A DNA stretch of 64,000 nucleotides from Candidatus Cloacimonadales bacterium (GCA_963662655.2 CAXXTU010000002.1:2368001-2432000); one strand, 5' to 3'; shown: positions 48,179 through 58,256, counted from the stretch's first letter. Notes: generated from the sequence alone by a model not told the origin. Numbers and translations are program-made.

Positions 48179-49372
48179 ATGAAATCCATGATTCAAGCAT
48201 TGATTGTGTTGAGTCTGCTGATGGTCATCATACCGGTCACAGCGCAAACAACGGGACAAACCGACGGCAAGGACCTCGTCAGCATGAGTTCCGATACCTC
48301 TTTCCAGCAAGCGCTCGGTATCCTGCAGGTTTACCTGATGCGAGAAGAAGGACGCATCTTCGTCGATCTCTCCAACACCAAGGGCGAGATCGGCATGAAG
48401 ATCGACAAGCTTCACTGGAAAGCGGCCATGATCAGCATTTTCACCGCCAAGGGATTGCTCTGGGAAGAAACATACAACGCCGTTTTGATCAGGAAACCCG
48501 ATGATTCGAAAGCCGGAGCACGTAAATCCGGTTCCGGCGCTACCGTTTCCGCGGCGCCCGTTGATGTGTCCAGGGACGAAGTGCTCATCGAAGTCACCTT
48601 CTTCGAAGCGGATCGCAACGCGCTCAGCGAAGTCGGTATCGATTGGACATCCCTTTCCGACGGCAAGGTCAACTTCTCCGCCAATCTGAACTCCTCGGAT
48701 CAGGTTACGGAAGACATCCTTTCCATCGCCGTCAACGAAACATGGAAAATCGGCTCTGGAACCATCGATCTGGTAACCCTTTTCGAGGTATTCGAAGCCA
48801 ACGACGAAGGCAGCGTGATATCACGCCAGCAGATAACGGTTACTTCCGGTGAAGAAGGCCAGGTGCTCGACGGCATGGAATTCTCCATCAAGTCGATTGA
48901 CGAATCCGGTAATACGACGGACAACTTCTACAAAGCCGGTACAATTGTAACCGTAACGCCAAACGTGCGAACGGAAGTTTCCGGCAACAAATTCATCGAG
49001 CTCGAAGTCAGCACGGAACGTAGCTCTGCCGAACCAGGCGCAGTCAGCACCATCGTCACGAAATCGAGCGCTAACACGAAGAAGATCCTTTACAACGGTG
49101 AAGAGGCCGTTATCGGCGGACTCACCAGCAAGGAGACTGCCGAAGTCCGCAAGGGTATCCCTTTCCTGAAGGACCTGCCGTGGTGGGTTCTCGGTATTCG
49201 CTACCTCACTGGCTACAACAGCCACCAGACCAAGACGAAGGAACTCCTGATCATCCTCAAGGCCACGATTATCCCCAACCTACAGGAACGCCAGGAAGCC
49301 AAGCCGGAGCTGAACGAAGACATCAACCGCATCAGAAAGGAAATTCCCAAGCTGGAAAAACAGCTTGAATAG
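48179..49372 (+). CDS. Type II/III secretion system / PilQ-like secretin (short)
   Basis: 'VLIEVTFFE....LSEVGIDW', 'GEEAVIGGL', 'GIPFLKDLP', 'ELLIILKATII'. Confidence 0.88.
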   Translation: MKSMIQALIVLSLLMVIIPVTAQTTGQTDGKDLVSMSSDTSFQQALGILQVYLMREEGRIFVDLSNTKGEIGMKIDKLHWKAAMISIFTAKGLLWEETYNAVLIRKPDDSKAGARKSGSGATVSAAPVDVSRDEVLIEVTFFEADRNALSEVGIDWTSLSDGKVNFSANLNSSDQVTEDILSIAVNETWKIGSGTIDLVTLFEVFEANDEGSVISRQQITVTSGEEGQVLDGMEFSIKSIDESGNTTDNFYKAGTIVTVTPNVRTEVSGNKFIELEVSTERSSAEPGAVSTIVTKSSANTKKILYNGEEAVIGGLTSKETAEVRKGIPFLKDLPWWVLGIRYLTGYNSHQTKTKELLIILKATIIPNLQERQEAKPELNEDINRIRKEIPKLEKQLE

Positions 49373-49389
49373 ATCGCTAAGATTATCAG

Positions 49390-49422
49390 AAAAGCCGGAT
49401 CGAGTGTCCGGCTTTTTTTTTT
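49390..49422 (+). terminator. Intrinsic terminator
   Basis: AAAAGCCGGA...TCCGGCTTTTTTTTTT after the secretin gene. Confidence 0.85.
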
Positions 49423-49429
49423 CTCTTGT

Positions 49430-49800
49430 CGACCAGTGCTTTAATGAATCTGCAATGTCCCCTTCGGACAGAATGTTATGAAAATGTAAGTGAATATCCG
49501 TTTATAATGCGGCTTTCCCCATCATTACTTTTCTTAGAATTTGCTTTGTGGACTTAGGAGTTATACACAAAAGTAATTTGTGAGAAGTTTCTCATAATCA
49601 ATTGCCCCAGTACAAGTTACGGATTCGGAAAATATTTCCGGCAAAGTTATCCACAGGTTATCCACACAGCGAATTCACGTATTTTCAGGCAGTTGGAAAA
49701 TTATCGGCCCTTCACACTATCCACACACTCTCGTGGATAAATCACGTGTTCTTCACATAAGTTTTTACAATCCGGGGAACGTCCTCGAAAGAAACGAAAT
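49430..49800. other. oriC: Candidate chromosomal replication origin (DnaA-box cluster)
   Basis: TTATACACA 49561, TTATCCACA 49647 and 49658, CTATCCACA 49717, CGTGGATAA 49732, TTCTTCACA 49749; AT-rich left flank; gene-free gap between convergent genes. Confidence 0.7.
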
Positions 49801-49803
49801 CCA

Positions 49804-50979
49804 CTAATCATCCGCGTGAAACTTCTCGAGGAACTGAAGCCAGCCACTTGAGCTAAAGTGAAGGTTCTCGTAGTCCGTCTTGAGATTATCGAGAATGACG
49901 GGATTGTCGGGGAACCATATCGTGCCGGTGGCCACGACGCTGTCCGGACAATTGTATTGATCGCTATGATAGAACAAATCGTCGATGTTCAGAAGGACCT
50001 CGTCGACATCCTGAATGAGGCCCGGAACGGTTGCCTGCTTTCTCAGTTCCGTGAAGAACTGCCTGATATCGATATCTTGCATCACCGAGCCGTACTCGTC
50101 GCAGCTCTCTCGTGCAAACATGAATGGCGCAGTGTTCGCGGAATCTATCCAGGTTTTGACAAACTGATTGATCCTGTATTTCAGTGTGTAGTAGTCTTCG
50201 TTGTAAGCTGCCGAGCACATGATTTTAAGATTGCTTCCTTCCTGGCTACCGCCCGGACGATACGAATCGACGTACTGGTCGACGATTGCCGAAGCGATGT
50301 CGCGGGAACTCGAATTGGAATTCCAGATTTCCAGGACTTCCTTGAATGGAAAGCCATCCCACGGGATTTCTTCTTCAGATCCGATGATGTAATCCGCTTT
50401 TCCGGCTGTCTCCCCGATCACCTCGACACCCTGCATCAGGCAGGCATCGAAAATGAGGATGTCCATCTTGTTCAACAGAGCTACCATCGCTCGTTCCAAG
50501 TCCCCGTTCCGGACGCCGATCTCGTTGTTGCTCTCATCATCGAAACAGATATCGCGCTGGGCCCCGTCACGGTACCAGGAATCTCCGTGCGACCAGATGA
50601 TCAGCGCGTAGTTCCTTGCAGGATAGCTTCGGATTGTAGAATTCACGAATCCACTCAGCTCGCCCCAATCTCCGCTATCGATCTCGCCGAGGGTGCTGAT
50701 CACATCCGATTTGATTTCCGGTGATTCATCATGTAGAATCCGGTATTTTTTTGCCCGTGAGTCTTCACTGTAAATACTCCAGTCCACGAGCGCGATGACT
50801 CGAACATCTTCCGTGAAAACGGCAGATTCCATCTCGTTGATATCGACAACTGCCTGCTCGGAGAGGTTGTTGTCCGCCGCCATGTATACCATGACAGTCC
50901 AATCGGAGACGCGCCTGTTGTCGTCATCGCATGCCGCGAGAAGAAGCAATACACACAGTAATATCAAAATCTGTTTCAC
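49804..50979 (-). CDS. Clostripain-family (C11) cysteine peptidase lipoprotein
   Basis: GTG start with GGAGGA RBS, lipobox LAAC, 'WTVMVYMAADNNL', 'LIIWSHG', 'FDACLM'. Confidence 0.9.
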   Translation of the reverse strand: MKQILILLCVLLLLAACDDDNRRVSDWTVMVYMAADNNLSEQAVVDINEMESAVFTEDVRVIALVDWSIYSEDSRAKKYRILHDESPEIKSDVISTLGEIDSGDWGELSGFVNSTIRSYPARNYALIIWSHGDSWYRDGAQRDICFDDESNNEIGVRNGDLERAMVALLNKMDILIFDACLMQGVEVIGETAGKADYIIGSEEEIPWDGFPFKEVLEIWNSNSSSRDIASAIVDQYVDSYRPGGSQEGSNLKIMCSAAYNEDYYTLKYRINQFVKTWIDSANTAPFMFARESCDEYGSVMQDIDIRQFFTELRKQATVPGLIQDVDEVLLNIDDLFYHSDQYNCPDSVVATGTIWFPDNPVILDNLKTDYENLHFSSSGWLQFLEKFHADD

Positions 50980-51152
50980 AGTTCCTCCATGAATTTCACA
51001 TTCAAGAATCCGCAAGCATGTGTCAAGAATTCATGTTAACGAACCTGTCAAATGAGCCGTACTCGCAAGATTAATTTGTTTTTTCCTTGTCAGGAGAAGC
51101 ATTATCGATGGTAATGTCAATAATGATACGCACCAGGATGGAAACAGATTAT

Positions 51153-52697
51153 ATGAATAAAGAATTGCGTGACTCGGCGTTAGAGGCTGTGAGAGATCAT
51201 CTTCTGACAGCTCGGAACTATAAAGGCAACAAGCAGTTCGACGATGCAATCCATGCATTCTCGCAAGCCTGGGAAATTGCTAAGAATAATCGGCTGTTCG
51301 ATGAAATGCAAGAGATGATTCCCTCTTTCGCTTCGGCGTATTACGAATCGAATCGCTTCGAGGATGCAATCGAATTTCACTACGAAGTTCTCCAGTTTGC
51401 TATCGAACAAGAAGACGTAAGCCTGCAAGCAAGGATGTACACCGGACTCGGAGCCCTTCACTGGCAATTGCGAGAGTTCGAGAAATCGTACGAAGTCCTT
51501 CTCAAAGGGAAAGAGGCATGCGAGGCCACAAACGATGACGAGATGCTGCTCAACGTCCTTTCCAACCTCGCGCTGGTTCAGGCTTCTATCAACAACTACG
51601 AGCAGAGTCTCGCATACTACCGGCAAGCGTTTGCGCTGGCTGAAAAACTGGACGATCCCGATATCATCATGACCGCCTGCCTCAACTTGCAGGGCTTGTA
51701 CTACAACATGGGAGATTACAAGCGATCGAGAGACTTTGGCGAAAAGGGATTGAAAATTGCCCGAAAAGAGAAGAATGAGACTGCGATTTCCGGATTCGTC
51801 AACAACATGGGAAACATACACACGAAGCTCGGAGAGCACGAAGATGCACTTATGTGCTACCAGGAAGCTCTTGCACTCCTGGATGAGCGATATTCCAAGA
51901 AAAACTGGCTTGCGAACTCCTATCTGAACGTCGGACTTGCTCTGGTCAATCTCAAACGGCACGATGAGGGCGAGCCATACCTCCTCAAGGCGATCCAGAT
52001 CAGCAAGCTGGAACCAAAGCTTTGCCAGGAATCTCTGGCGCGTGCCGAAGGGAACCTGACAGATATCTTCATCCACCGCAATCAATACGATGAGGCGGAG
52101 AAAATTCTCGAGAAACTCATTCCGAATCTGGACAACCTCGATCTGGGTAAGAACCGCCTGCACTTCATGCGCTCGTACGCCGAAATACTTTTGAAACAGA
52201 AGAAGTACGACAAAGCCTTCGAGATATACAACCTCGCTCTGGATAAGACCATCGAGCAGTATGACGAGAAGCTGGCAGAGGAATTGGCCAAAACACAGAT
52301 TCTGTTCGATCACGACATCAAGGTTCGAGAGGCGAATCTGCTACGCCAGAAGAACATGGAGCTCGAGAAGAAAAACAACGAGCTGGAAGAAGCCCTCGAA
52401 TCACTGAATAAAGCGCACGAAACGATCCGTGAGCTCGAGCGCAGGAACACGATTTACGCCATGTCCGTCACAACCAACCACGAACTCAGCCAACCCCTCA
52501 TGATCATCCGGGGAAACCTGGATATGCTGATCAACAGCGACGCATTGGATCCAAAGAAGCAACACCATTACATCAAAAGGATTTCGGAAGGAATCGAGCG
52601 AATCGAAAAAATCCTCTTGAAATACAGAACCGCCGAGCGCAGCACGATGGATCACTACAGCGAGAACACACCCATGGTGAAGTTCGAGGAGCCGTAG
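51153..52697 (+). CDS. TPR protein with C-terminal coiled coil and HisKA-like (DHp) helix pair, no HATPase domain
   Basis: MalT-like TPR repeats; 'TTNHELSQPL.II.GN'; ends ~60 aa later. Start uncertain (51087-51153). Confidence 0.75.
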   Translation: MNKELRDSALEAVRDHLLTARNYKGNKQFDDAIHAFSQAWEIAKNNRLFDEMQEMIPSFASAYYESNRFEDAIEFHYEVLQFAIEQEDVSLQARMYTGLGALHWQLREFEKSYEVLLKGKEACEATNDDEMLLNVLSNLALVQASINNYEQSLAYYRQAFALAEKLDDPDIIMTACLNLQGLYYNMGDYKRSRDFGEKGLKIARKEKNETAISGFVNNMGNIHTKLGEHEDALMCYQEALALLDERYSKKNWLANSYLNVGLALVNLKRHDEGEPYLLKAIQISKLEPKLCQESLARAEGNLTDIFIHRNQYDEAEKILEKLIPNLDNLDLGKNRLHFMRSYAEILLKQKKYDKAFEIYNLALDKTIEQYDEKLAEELAKTQILFDHDIKVREANLLRQKNMELEKKNNELEEALESLNKAHETIRELERRNTIYAMSVTTNHELSQPLMIIRGNLDMLINSDALDPKKQHHYIKRISEGIERIEKILLKYRTAERSTMDHYSENTPMVKFEEP

Positions 52698-52766
52698 ATT
52701 TATTCTTGAGTCATAATCATTTTATTGACACAATAAAGAGATAAACGTTTTTTATCAAAGAAAGAG

Positions 52767-53696
52767 GTGCATGTGATTTCAATACGTGATCTGACGAAAC
52801 GTTTTGGCGATATCACCGCTCTCGACGAGGTGACCCTCGAGATCGGGACCGGTGAAACATTCGGATTGCTGGGACCCAATGGAGCTGGAAAAACGACGCT
52901 CATCAATATACTGTGCGCTTATCTGTCGCAGGATTCCGGCGAGATATCGATCAACGGCCTGGGCCTTCCCGGCAGCGAAAGCAAGATCAAGCAGCTCCTG
53001 GGAATCGTTCCGCAGGAAGTCTCCCTGTACGAAGACCTCTCCGCGTACGAAAACCTGATCTTCTGGGGGAAGTTATACGGGCTTTCCAGGAATCCGCTTA
53101 AGGATCGCGCGGAGCAACTCCTGAAGGCAATGGGGCTTTGGGATCGCCGCAAAGACGCCGTCAAACGCTACTCGGGCGGAATGAAGCGAAGGATCAACAT
53201 CGCTGCGGGAATCATCCACGACCCTCCGATCATATTCTTCGACGAACCAACGGTGGGGGTCGATCCGCAGTCTCGCAATTTCATCTTCGAGATCATCGAA
53301 GAGATGCACAGGCAAGGCAAGACCATTATATACACCTCACATTACATGGAAGAAGTCGAGCGTCTCTGCACGCGCGTGGGCATCATCGACCACGGGAATC
53401 TGATCGCGCTCGGAACGCGCCAGGAGCTTTATAAAGAGCTTGGCGAAGACGACCACATCAAGATAAGGCTCAGGAATCCGATTTCTGCCGGCGATCTTGA
53501 AAACTCGCTGGGAATCAGCGTTTCAACCACTGGCGAGACGAACCTCCTGCTGCATGGAAAGAACCTGATCGGAAAGCTTTCGCTGATATTGAACACGCTT
53601 GAGCAGATGAACGCCGAGCTGGATGAAGTCAACATTGTTCAGCCCAATCTGGAGCAGGTTTTCCTGACTCTTACGGGAAGGGAGTTACGCGAATGA
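52767..53696 (+). CDS. ABC-2 type exporter ATP-binding protein
   Basis: 'GPNGAGKTT', 'YSGGMKRR', 'FFDEPTVGVD', 'TSHYMEE'. Confidence 0.95.
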   Translation: MHVISIRDLTKRFGDITALDEVTLEIGTGETFGLLGPNGAGKTTLINILCAYLSQDSGEISINGLGLPGSESKIKQLLGIVPQEVSLYEDLSAYENLIFWGKLYGLSRNPLKDRAEQLLKAMGLWDRRKDAVKRYSGGMKRRINIAAGIIHDPPIIFFDEPTVGVDPQSRNFIFEIIEEMHRQGKTIIYTSHYMEEVERLCTRVGIIDHGNLIALGTRQELYKELGEDDHIKIRLRNPISAGDLENSLGISVSTTGETNLLLHGKNLIGKLSLILNTLEQMNAELDEVNIVQPNLEQVFLTLTGRELRE

Positions 53697-55021
53697 GACT
53701 GTGGGCGCTGATTCAAAAAGACATCCGCATTTTCCTGAAGCATCCCGGAGCGCTGCTCCTCACGTTCATCGTTCCGATGGTTATCACGCTTATTTTCGGC
53801 ATGGTGTTCGGAGGCTTCGGCAGCAGTTCTTCCGGCATTAAAGGCATTCTGGTCGTTGGCGTTGACGAAGACCAGAGCGAGTACTCGAAGAAGCTGATGA
53901 AGTCGATTGGTGACCTGGAGGAAATCAGGCTGCAAACCGAGTACACCAAGAATGACTCCACTTTCTTTTACACAACCGATCTGATGAACGAGCATATCAA
54001 GAAAGGGAAGCGGCATATAGGTATACGGATCGCAAAGGGATTCCAGGACAGCATTAAAACTGGACTCAGGCCGCACGTCGTCATTCACTACGATCCAAAG
54101 TTTCCCATCGAGCAGGGAATCGTCAACGGGCTGTTGCAGAGAACCGTTTTCATGCAAATGCCCGACCTGATGCAGGAGCAGCTCTTCAAGCAAGCCGACG
54201 AATATCTGGGAGTCGAGCGCGGACAGGGATTTCGCACTGATCTGCTGAGCACCTTGCAAGATTACTTCGGAACGGAAGTGAGATCGCTTGAAATTCCCAC
54301 GACCAGCTCGTTCACCGAATCCGATTCTGCCGAGGCGGAAGGGGAAAGGTTCGGAATGGGAGATATCGCCCCCATACGGATCCGATCGCACCAGCTTCTG
54401 GGCGTGGATGTGGAAAACCCGATGTTTGCTCAATCTGTAGCCGGAGTGGCGGTCATGTTCCTGCTGTTCTCCGTTAGCGGGGCTGCGTCCTCGCTTCTGG
54501 CGGAGAAAAGCGACGGAACGATCAAGCGTCTGATGATCTCTCCCGCTCAAAGCAGTGAGATTCTCTGGAGCAAGGCCATCTTCATCATGCTGATCGGTAT
54601 ATTCCAATTGGTCGTTATGTTCCTCTTCGGATGGATCGTGTTCAAGCTGGATATCTTCAAGGATGTACCGGCCCTGCTGGTCATGATTTTCTCTACCGCG
54701 ATCTCCTGCTCAACGCTTGGAATGCTGCTTGCCGCAGCGTGCAAGAGTCAGAAGCAGGTCGACGAGCTTTCAACGCTCCTGATTCTGGGAATGAGCGCTC
54801 TGGGCGGATCGATGTTCCCGAGCTTCATCATCCCTTCCTACCTGCAAGTCATTGGAAGATTCACACTCAACCACTGGGCGATGGCAGGTTTTACCAATAT
54901 CTTCTGGCGCGATATGACGCTGGTCGACATCCTCCCGCAAGCTGGCGTTTTAATAGGAGCGTCCGTTGTCTTCCTCGCGATCGCACACTGGCTCTTCAAG
55001 AAGAAGCTGTTCACAGACTGA
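53693..55021 (+). CDS. ABC-2 type exporter permease
   Basis: N-terminal TM, large loop, 'EKSDGTIKRLMISP', 'LGGSMFP'. Confidence 0.92.
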   Translation: MRLWALIQKDIRIFLKHPGALLLTFIVPMVITLIFGMVFGGFGSSSSGIKGILVVGVDEDQSEYSKKLMKSIGDLEEIRLQTEYTKNDSTFFYTTDLMNEHIKKGKRHIGIRIAKGFQDSIKTGLRPHVVIHYDPKFPIEQGIVNGLLQRTVFMQMPDLMQEQLFKQADEYLGVERGQGFRTDLLSTLQDYFGTEVRSLEIPTTSSFTESDSAEAEGERFGMGDIAPIRIRSHQLLGVDVENPMFAQSVAGVAVMFLLFSVSGAASSLLAEKSDGTIKRLMISPAQSSEILWSKAIFIMLIGIFQLVVMFLFGWIVFKLDIFKDVPALLVMIFSTAISCSTLGMLLAAACKSQKQVDELSTLLILGMSALGGSMFPSFIIPSYLQVIGRFTLNHWAMAGFTNIFWRDMTLVDILPQAGVLIGASVVFLAIAHWLFKKKLFTD

Positions 55022-55036
55022 TAGCCTAAATGCTGA

Positions 55037-55162
55037 GGCGTGAGTAGATTGGTTTGATCGCTACTCCCAGCATGGTGTTACACGTCATTTTTTCGCGTTC
55101 GATAGTCCAGATGACGTGTTATATCCATGTTGGGAGTAGCGATCGAGCGAAGGTACCACGCC
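55037..55162 (+). other. Structured rod-shaped intergenic element, copy B (homologous to 28171-28328)
   Basis: GGCGTG/CACGCC, GATCGCTACTCCCAGCATGG/CCATGTTGGGAGTAGCGATC, ACACGTCAT/ATGACGTGT. Confidence 0.65.
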
Positions 55163-55185
55163 GGTCTGAAGCCGTTAGACAATAG

Positions 55186-55213
55186 AAAAACGGCAGCCCT
55201 GCGACTGCCGTTT
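55186..55213. terminator. Probable bidirectional terminator
   Basis: AAACGGCAG/CTGCCGTTT between convergent genes. Confidence 0.65.
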
Positions 55214-55232
55214 ATAACACCTGCTTGAAGTA

Positions 55233-56483
55233 TCATTTCATCAGAACCATTTTCCGGACAATCTGTTCCCCCCCGGTATTCATAACTGCGAAATAGACAC
55301 CGCTCGAGACCTTTGCTTCCCAAGTTATAGTGTGAGCGCCCATTTCTTTATGACCGTTAAATAGAGTCTCTACTTTCTGTCCGCGAATGTTGTAGATATC
55401 CAGTGTTACATGGCTATCGGATGCAAGCGTGAATGCGATATTCGTGGTTGGATTGAAGGGATTGGGATAAACGGAAACACGCGTCTCTACAACGGGGACA
55501 TCCCCGTCGTCAACAGCCGCGCCATAACCGTAGGTCAGCTTGATCGCAGGTTCCCAGCTCCTGCCATCGACCCATTCGTCCGAATAGACTTCGACAATGT
55601 TGTTGTGTTCATCGTAGTTATAGGTCGATTGATATGCGTCGTACCACGCAGTTCCATCCCAGTTTTTCTCGAGAGTTCCGGTTGGCACGCCGCCATCCCA
55701 GGTGTAGTATGTCAGCTCCTCATTGTTCCACGCACCTTCATGATAAATCTGGTACAGGCATTCGGTCATGTATCCGCCGGAGTATGTATAATCTTCCTGC
55801 TGAAAGTCGATCCACTGAGTGGTTCCCCATTCCCACTCTTCTTCAAGCCAATACGTCGGATTGGAACCATCGTACTGGACGGTCTCACGTGTCGTATTCT
55901 CCCAAACATCATCGATTATGCTTTCATACACGATCTGCGTGAGGTTGTCGCCCGACCAGGAGATGGTAGCGCGCTCCTCTTCCATCCAATCGGTAATGAC
56001 ATTGACTTCCATCAGCATGGAGACGATGTGGCCGTCTTCCCAAGTATAGAACTCGCGTGTGTTATCCATGGTCTGCTCCATCATGGTGATGGTGCTGGAC
56101 ATTCCAACGAGCATTTGATCCTGATGCTCGTAAGTGTATTCCATCGTTATCGTTTGCTCTTGCACGGTCATGGTCATCGTATAAACAAGTGGAACACCGC
56201 GGGAGTATGTTACCGTTGCCGAAGACACCTGCTGATATTCGCTGTTAACCGGATTCCAGCGATACTCCACCGTGTTGGTGTACTGAAGCTCTTTGGCGAC
56301 GTTGTACATACCAATCGTGTAAGGAAGATATTGGAAAAAGAGCATGTTGAAATCAGTCCGCTCCAAAACGGTTTGCTGCAAATTGCGCGCTGCTTGCTCG
56401 GCACAATCGTTGGCCTCTTGAATTGAGATTGCGTGTAACGAAAGCAATGCAAAAAGAAAGATGAGAATCGTAATTTTTTTCAT
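55233..56483 (-). CDS. Secreted Trp/Tyr/Asp-rich repeat protein with FlgD-Ig/T9SS-like C-terminal domain
   Basis: Signal peptide, ~27-aa repeats ('YTY.G...T..L.Q.W....W.N'), C-terminal 'YPNPFNPTT...KMVLMK'. Confidence 0.85.
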   Translation of the reverse strand: MKKITILIFLFALLSLHAISIQEANDCAEQAARNLQQTVLERTDFNMLFFQYLPYTIGMYNVAKELQYTNTVEYRWNPVNSEYQQVSSATVTYSRGVPLVYTMTMTVQEQTITMEYTYEHQDQMLVGMSSTITMMEQTMDNTREFYTWEDGHIVSMLMEVNVITDWMEEERATISWSGDNLTQIVYESIIDDVWENTTRETVQYDGSNPTYWLEEEWEWGTTQWIDFQQEDYTYSGGYMTECLYQIYHEGAWNNEELTYYTWDGGVPTGTLEKNWDGTAWYDAYQSTYNYDEHNNIVEVYSDEWVDGRSWEPAIKLTYGYGAAVDDGDVPVVETRVSVYPNPFNPTTNIAFTLASDSHVTLDIYNIRGQKVETLFNGHKEMGAHTITWEAKVSSGVYFAVMNTGGEQIVRKMVLMK

Positions 56484-56612
56484 GGTTTTCTCCTTGTTCT
56501 TATGTATGCTGATTAATTTTAACAGCTCATGAGCATGACAGTCAAGAAAAAAAATCTCAAACCCATTTAAATGAAATGATTTACAATTTTTGCGCCTTTT
56601 TGGGGGAAATCC

Positions 56613-57857
56613 CTATTTCATCAAAACCAGTTTTTTGGTCACCCGCTCGGTTCCCGAATTCAACACAACAAAGTAGACCCCGCTCGATGTCTTCGCATCC
56701 CAAGTCATGCTGTGGATTCCCGCTTTCATATACCCATCGTAGAGCTTCTCCACCTTCTGTCCGCGGATATTGTAAACATCCAGCGTGACACGGCTGTCTG
56801 ACGCGAGGGAAAAGCTGATGTTCGTGCTGGGATTGAATGGATTGGGATACACGGAAACATCTGTTTTCACCGCAGACACATCCTCGCCGTCAACTGCTTC
56901 GCCATAATGGTAGACATACTTCCCGGAATTCACCCATTCGCGACCTTCTATCCATACTTGCGAGATCACATAGCTCAGCTCATTATCCACGGCATAGTAC
57001 GTGACGTACATATCTTCGATCCAGACTGTTCCATCCCACTCATATTCCATGTGGTTGGAGGGCAAACCGTCAGCCCACTGGTATTCGACCCTGTAATCGT
57101 TCACCCACTGAGAATTGTCCCACATCTGACCAAGTTCCTCTGTCAGCGTATCGCCGGAATACGTGTACGCTTCCTGTTCGTCATTGCCCCAGCTCGCGCC
57201 ATCCCAATACTGCCTGGTGTAATGCATGGGGTCGGAACCAGAATATTCCCAGACCTCCAGACAGTCATTATCCCACTGCTCATCTGTATTCCAAGACTGC
57301 TCGAGCACCTGCGTCACATTGTCGCCAACCCAGGTCACATCCTGCTGGTAGTCATTCTCCCACTGGACAATGAGATTACCCTCCGCCAACAAATGAATCC
57401 AATGTTCGCCATCATAGGAGTACGTTTCCCGCAACATGTCCATCATCTGACCCGTCATATCGTGGCTTATCACCAGACCGGTCACTTTGTCACCCGTCGT
57501 CGTAAAGGTATACATCATGGTGAATTCCATACCCTGGATACTCATCGACTGGGTGAATACGGTTGGATAATCGCCATCGTAGTCGATGTTCAATTCACTG
57601 ATCAAGCTCCAGTCCGCGAGGTCCGTGTCCCATGCGTACTGCAACATCTGGGTGTAATGCATCTCACGGGCTTGATGGTAGAGCATCAATGTGTATGGAT
57701 AAACGTTGATAAACAAGTGGGTGTAATCGTTTCGAAACGACATTCCATCGACAAGCGCCTTCTGCGATTGTCGATAACATGCCTTCATCTCTTGCTGCGA
57801 TAACGCGCCCAGAAGCACTGTGCAAAGCAGTAAAACAAGCACAAATCCTCTCTTCAT
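56613..57857 (-). CDS. Paralogous secreted repeat protein with FlgD-Ig/T9SS-like C-terminal domain
   Basis: Same architecture and near-identical length to 55233..56483. Confidence 0.85.
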   Translation of the reverse strand: MKRGFVLVLLLCTVLLGALSQQEMKACYRQSQKALVDGMSFRNDYTHLFINVYPYTLMLYHQAREMHYTQMLQYAWDTDLADWSLISELNIDYDGDYPTVFTQSMSIQGMEFTMMYTFTTTGDKVTGLVISHDMTGQMMDMLRETYSYDGEHWIHLLAEGNLIVQWENDYQQDVTWVGDNVTQVLEQSWNTDEQWDNDCLEVWEYSGSDPMHYTRQYWDGASWGNDEQEAYTYSGDTLTEELGQMWDNSQWVNDYRVEYQWADGLPSNHMEYEWDGTVWIEDMYVTYYAVDNELSYVISQVWIEGREWVNSGKYVYHYGEAVDGEDVSAVKTDVSVYPNPFNPSTNISFSLASDSRVTLDVYNIRGQKVEKLYDGYMKAGIHSMTWDAKTSSGVYFVVLNSGTERVTKKLVLMK

Positions 57858-58172
57858 ACGATCTCCTTATGTTTGTATGCAGCGATAATGTAATCAATTC
57901 CGCGCGAAAGCGTCTTTTTTTATTGCATCCCATTCAGTTTTTTGCTGAGCATACTGCTACTTTTGAGATTGTATTGTTCTTCCATAGGATTGTTGTTTGC
58001 GTTTGTAGTACATCACCGGAAACGGGAAACTATTTTTTGCACGTCAGTTCCCATTTTCGTGTTCTGATTCTTCTCATTAGTCAAAAATAATGACAGCCAC
58101 ATATCTTACTATCATACGATTAGTTATAAACTGTTTGATATGCCAATGTTCTCTTACGAAAACAGAAAAAAC

Positions 58173-58208
58173 TTGCCAAAGGAAACTAACGATACTAAAA
58201 TAGTTTCC
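58173..58208 (+). promoter_or_regulatory. Sigma70 promoter overlapped by a probable TetR operator
   Basis: TTGCCA (58173)-N17-TAAAAT (58196); inverted repeat GGAAACTA (58181-88) / TAGTTTCC (58201-08). Confidence 0.7.
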
Positions 58209-58256
58209 GTATTCTTGATAACGTGATTTGCTTCAACAAAAAAATGGATTAGGATT

